From IMG/VR virus record IMGVR_UViG_3300038530_001398, positions 1 to 27,781 of that record: DNA of 27,781 nt. The stretch is one strand, 5' to 3'. Source of the stretch: a virus. Lineage: Duplodnaviria; Caudoviricetes. The notes beneath the pieces are model-generated. The model did not search any database and was not told the DNA's origin. It saw only the letters and a program-made list of their open reading frames with translations. Shown here piece after piece: positions 26,229 to 27,781 of the stretch. Made by a program: the position numbers and the translations under genes. How positions within the stretch are numbered: the first letter of the stretch is position 1; each line of letters begins with the position of its first letter.

Positions 26229-26746
26229 TGGCAGGTAGTTTAAAATTAATTCAGGAAACAAATGTTACATCTGGAACATCTGCGGTTACATTGACAGGGA
26301 TTGACAGCACTTTCGATATTTATGTAGTTTACTTTTCAAATGTAGAATGCAGCACAGATAATGAAGAGCTTTATTTTAGAGTTACCACATCTGGAACTGC
26401 TGATAGTGATAGTGAATATGATTACGCTATGATGGAGTTTAAATCTTATGGATCATACAGTAATAGTTACTCTACTAATCAAACAAAACAATATCTAACC
26501 TATTTAGGTACTCCATCAAATGAACAAGCTAATGGGATTTTACACCTTTTTAACTTTTCTAACGCAAGTGAGTTTTCTATTTATACTATTGAAAATGTAA
26601 ACCTAAATTCAATTTCAAAACTTTCTGGAGCACAGGGGGCAGGTAAACATACTGTACAAGAGGCAAATGATGGGGTTTCTTTCTTCATGGATAATGGAAA
26701 TATTGATAAAGGTAAATTCCAGCTTTTTGGAATCAAAAAAGACTAG
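26228..26746 (+). CDS. Tail-tip beta-sandwich protein, cassette 2 type C'
   Basis: Paralog of 23421..23933; TAATG-coupled. Confidence 0.75.
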   Translation: MAGSLKLIQETNVTSGTSAVTLTGIDSTFDIYVVYFSNVECSTDNEELYFRVTTSGTADSDSEYDYAMMEFKSYGSYSNSYSTNQTKQYLTYLGTPSNEQANGILHLFNFSNASEFSIYTIENVNLNSISKLSGAQGAGKHTVQEANDGVSFFMDNGNIDKGKFQLFGIKKD

Positions 26747-26769
26747 ATTAGAATATAGAAAGGTAAATT

Positions 26770-27090
26770 ATGGCAAAAACAGAGGCACAAGCTAAGAAAG
26801 AGGCACAAGCTGAATTTGATGCACTAAAAGAGCCACTTAAAAAAAGTGTAAATGGTGTAGTAGAAGATTTCAGCTCAAGCGACAATGAACAATGGATAGT
26901 AGATAGAACAAACTCTATTTTATATGAGGCTAATGAAAAATGGGCTCAAGATAGAATGGAGAACTATCCTCCATTAGTTGATTTTGTTGAGGCTTACACC
27001 GAAAAAGAGATCGGTGGAGATGATACAAAATGGAAAGCCTATAAAACAGCTTATGAAAAAGTAAGATCAGATTATCCAAAACCTAGCTAA
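26770..27090 (+). CDS. Tail fiber assembly-like small protein
   Basis: C-terminal DRMENYPPL...W...KVRSDYPKPS pattern, typical of genes following phage fiber genes. Confidence 0.6.
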   Translation: MAKTEAQAKKEAQAEFDALKEPLKKSVNGVVEDFSSSDNEQWIVDRTNSILYEANEKWAQDRMENYPPLVDFVEAYTEKEIGGDDTKWKAYKTAYEKVRSDYPKPS

Positions 27091-27105
27091 TAACTATTAA
27101 ATAGA

Positions 27106-27120
27106 TATACTTGCGTTATG
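27106..27120 (+). promoter_or_regulatory. Putative leaderless promoter (-10 TATACT, 6 nt, ATG)
   Basis: TATACT 27106-27111, ATG 27118, no SD. Confidence 0.5.
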
Positions 27121-27369
27121 GAATCTTTAGAAGATTTTACAGAGAAACAGGGTGGCGTATCAGGTCATAAAGCACAAATGAGATATATCCTTAAAAACAA
27201 AAAAGCTAGAGATATATTTCTTGAGATTGCAAAAGAGGCAGAAGAAAAAAACATATCTGATACAATCGCAGCACAATATCTTGTAGAGAAATACGATTTA
27301 TTTTCACATCTACATTACAACACAGTAAGAAGATATTTCAGGGATTATAGGTATGGCAGAATCAAGTGA
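27118..27369 (+). CDS. Small HTH-like hypothetical protein
   Basis: ISDTIAAQYL...LHYNTVRRYFR. Confidence 0.6.
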   Translation: MESLEDFTEKQGGVSGHKAQMRYILKNKKARDIFLEIAKEAEEKNISDTIAAQYLVEKYDLFSHLHYNTVRRYFRDYRYGRIK

Positions 27370-27781
27370 TTTAGACAAATTCAAAGAAACTGTTTACGAC
27401 AGATCTCCTTATCAACGCAGAAAAAGAATACATCCACAGGGTTATGAGCCCGGTTACAAGTTTTCAGAAGAAACACAATCAGGAGAGATTACATCATCTC
27501 CACAAAAAACAAATGATGTAGATTGGCAAGAGCAGCTTTCATCATACTTTGGTAAAGATGCACATAAATATCAAGTTGTTCCCGGAACAGCAGAAATAAG
27601 ATTTTGGGATGCCAATATGGGCAATGGAGACATAGAGAGATTTTATTATTTCAAAGCAAAGATTGTTTCATCTGAAAAGTTTATGCCAGATGAAGATTTT
27701 AGAAAGCTCTTAAATCTTACTAAGAAGATCAAGCCATACGAAAAAAAGAAACTAAAAAAAGGAAAGTTGTTTACTGTTTGC
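27353..27781 (+). CDS. Partial ORF running off the window; possibly the N-terminus of a phage metallophosphoesterase
   Basis: Open for 143 codons: MAESSDLDKF...HPQGYEPG...IRFWD...YYFKAKI...LFTVC. Catalytic motifs would lie beyond the edge, so the function is recalled, not seen. Confidence 0.55.
   Translation, partial: MAESSDLDKFKETVYDRSPYQRRKRIHPQGYEPGYKFSEETQSGEITSSPQKTNDVDWQEQLSSYFGKDAHKYQVVPGTAEIRFWDANMGNGDIERFYYFKAKIVSSEKFMPDEDFRKLLNLTKKIKPYEKKKLKKGKLFTVC

Noticed and set aside
500-26261. Other minus-strand and nested alternate-frame ORFs in the track
   Set aside because: They overlap well-supported plus-strand genes and show no recognisable motifs.
22275-26746. Diversity-generating retroelement or invertible shufflon behind the paralog array
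   Set aside because: No reverse transcriptase or recombinase in the window, no near-identical template/variable repeat pair, no inverted crossover sites seen, and all genes are co-oriented.
1-27781. Genome-wide stop-codon reassignment
   Set aside because: TAA, TAG and TGA all end genes at sensible coupled junctions, and core genes are full-length under the standard code.
1-27781. tRNA, rRNA or integrase/att features
   Set aside because: None recognised; the intergenic gaps are short and show no cloverleaf.

Overview
An AT-rich, almost entirely plus-strand segment of a tailed dsDNA phage with an HK97-fold head and a non-contractile, siphovirus-like tail. Gene order from left to right: (1) replication/recombination genes (zinc-finger micro-ORF, Rad52/Sak-like annealing protein, replication-initiator N-terminal domain followed by an origin-like repeat tract); (2) small wHTH-like proteins and a secreted lysozyme-fold transglycosylase; (3) an accessory envelope module built around a huge acidic Thr-rich secreted protein flanked by two Cys-rich micropeptides; (4) terminase small and large subunits; (5) a 1161-aa portal-insert-MuF fusion, prohead protease and major capsid protein; (6) neck genes, two paralogous tail-tube genes, a tail chaperone with an apparent +1 frameshift, tape measure and hub; (7) a tail-tip region with a duplicated three-gene cassette (ABC...A'B'C') around a Gly-rich gene; (8) a truncated ORF at the right edge. 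Leaderless TANNNT-N6-ATG starts and TTTTTIP repeats point to a low-GC actinobacterial host (inference). The most notable signals are the ABC/A'B'C' cassette, the portal polyprotein with K-ending junction motifs, apparent avoidance of GAAGS and CCWGG, an exact NrdR-box consensus match and the +1 chaperone frameshift. All family assignments come from motif recognition by eye; no database search was run.
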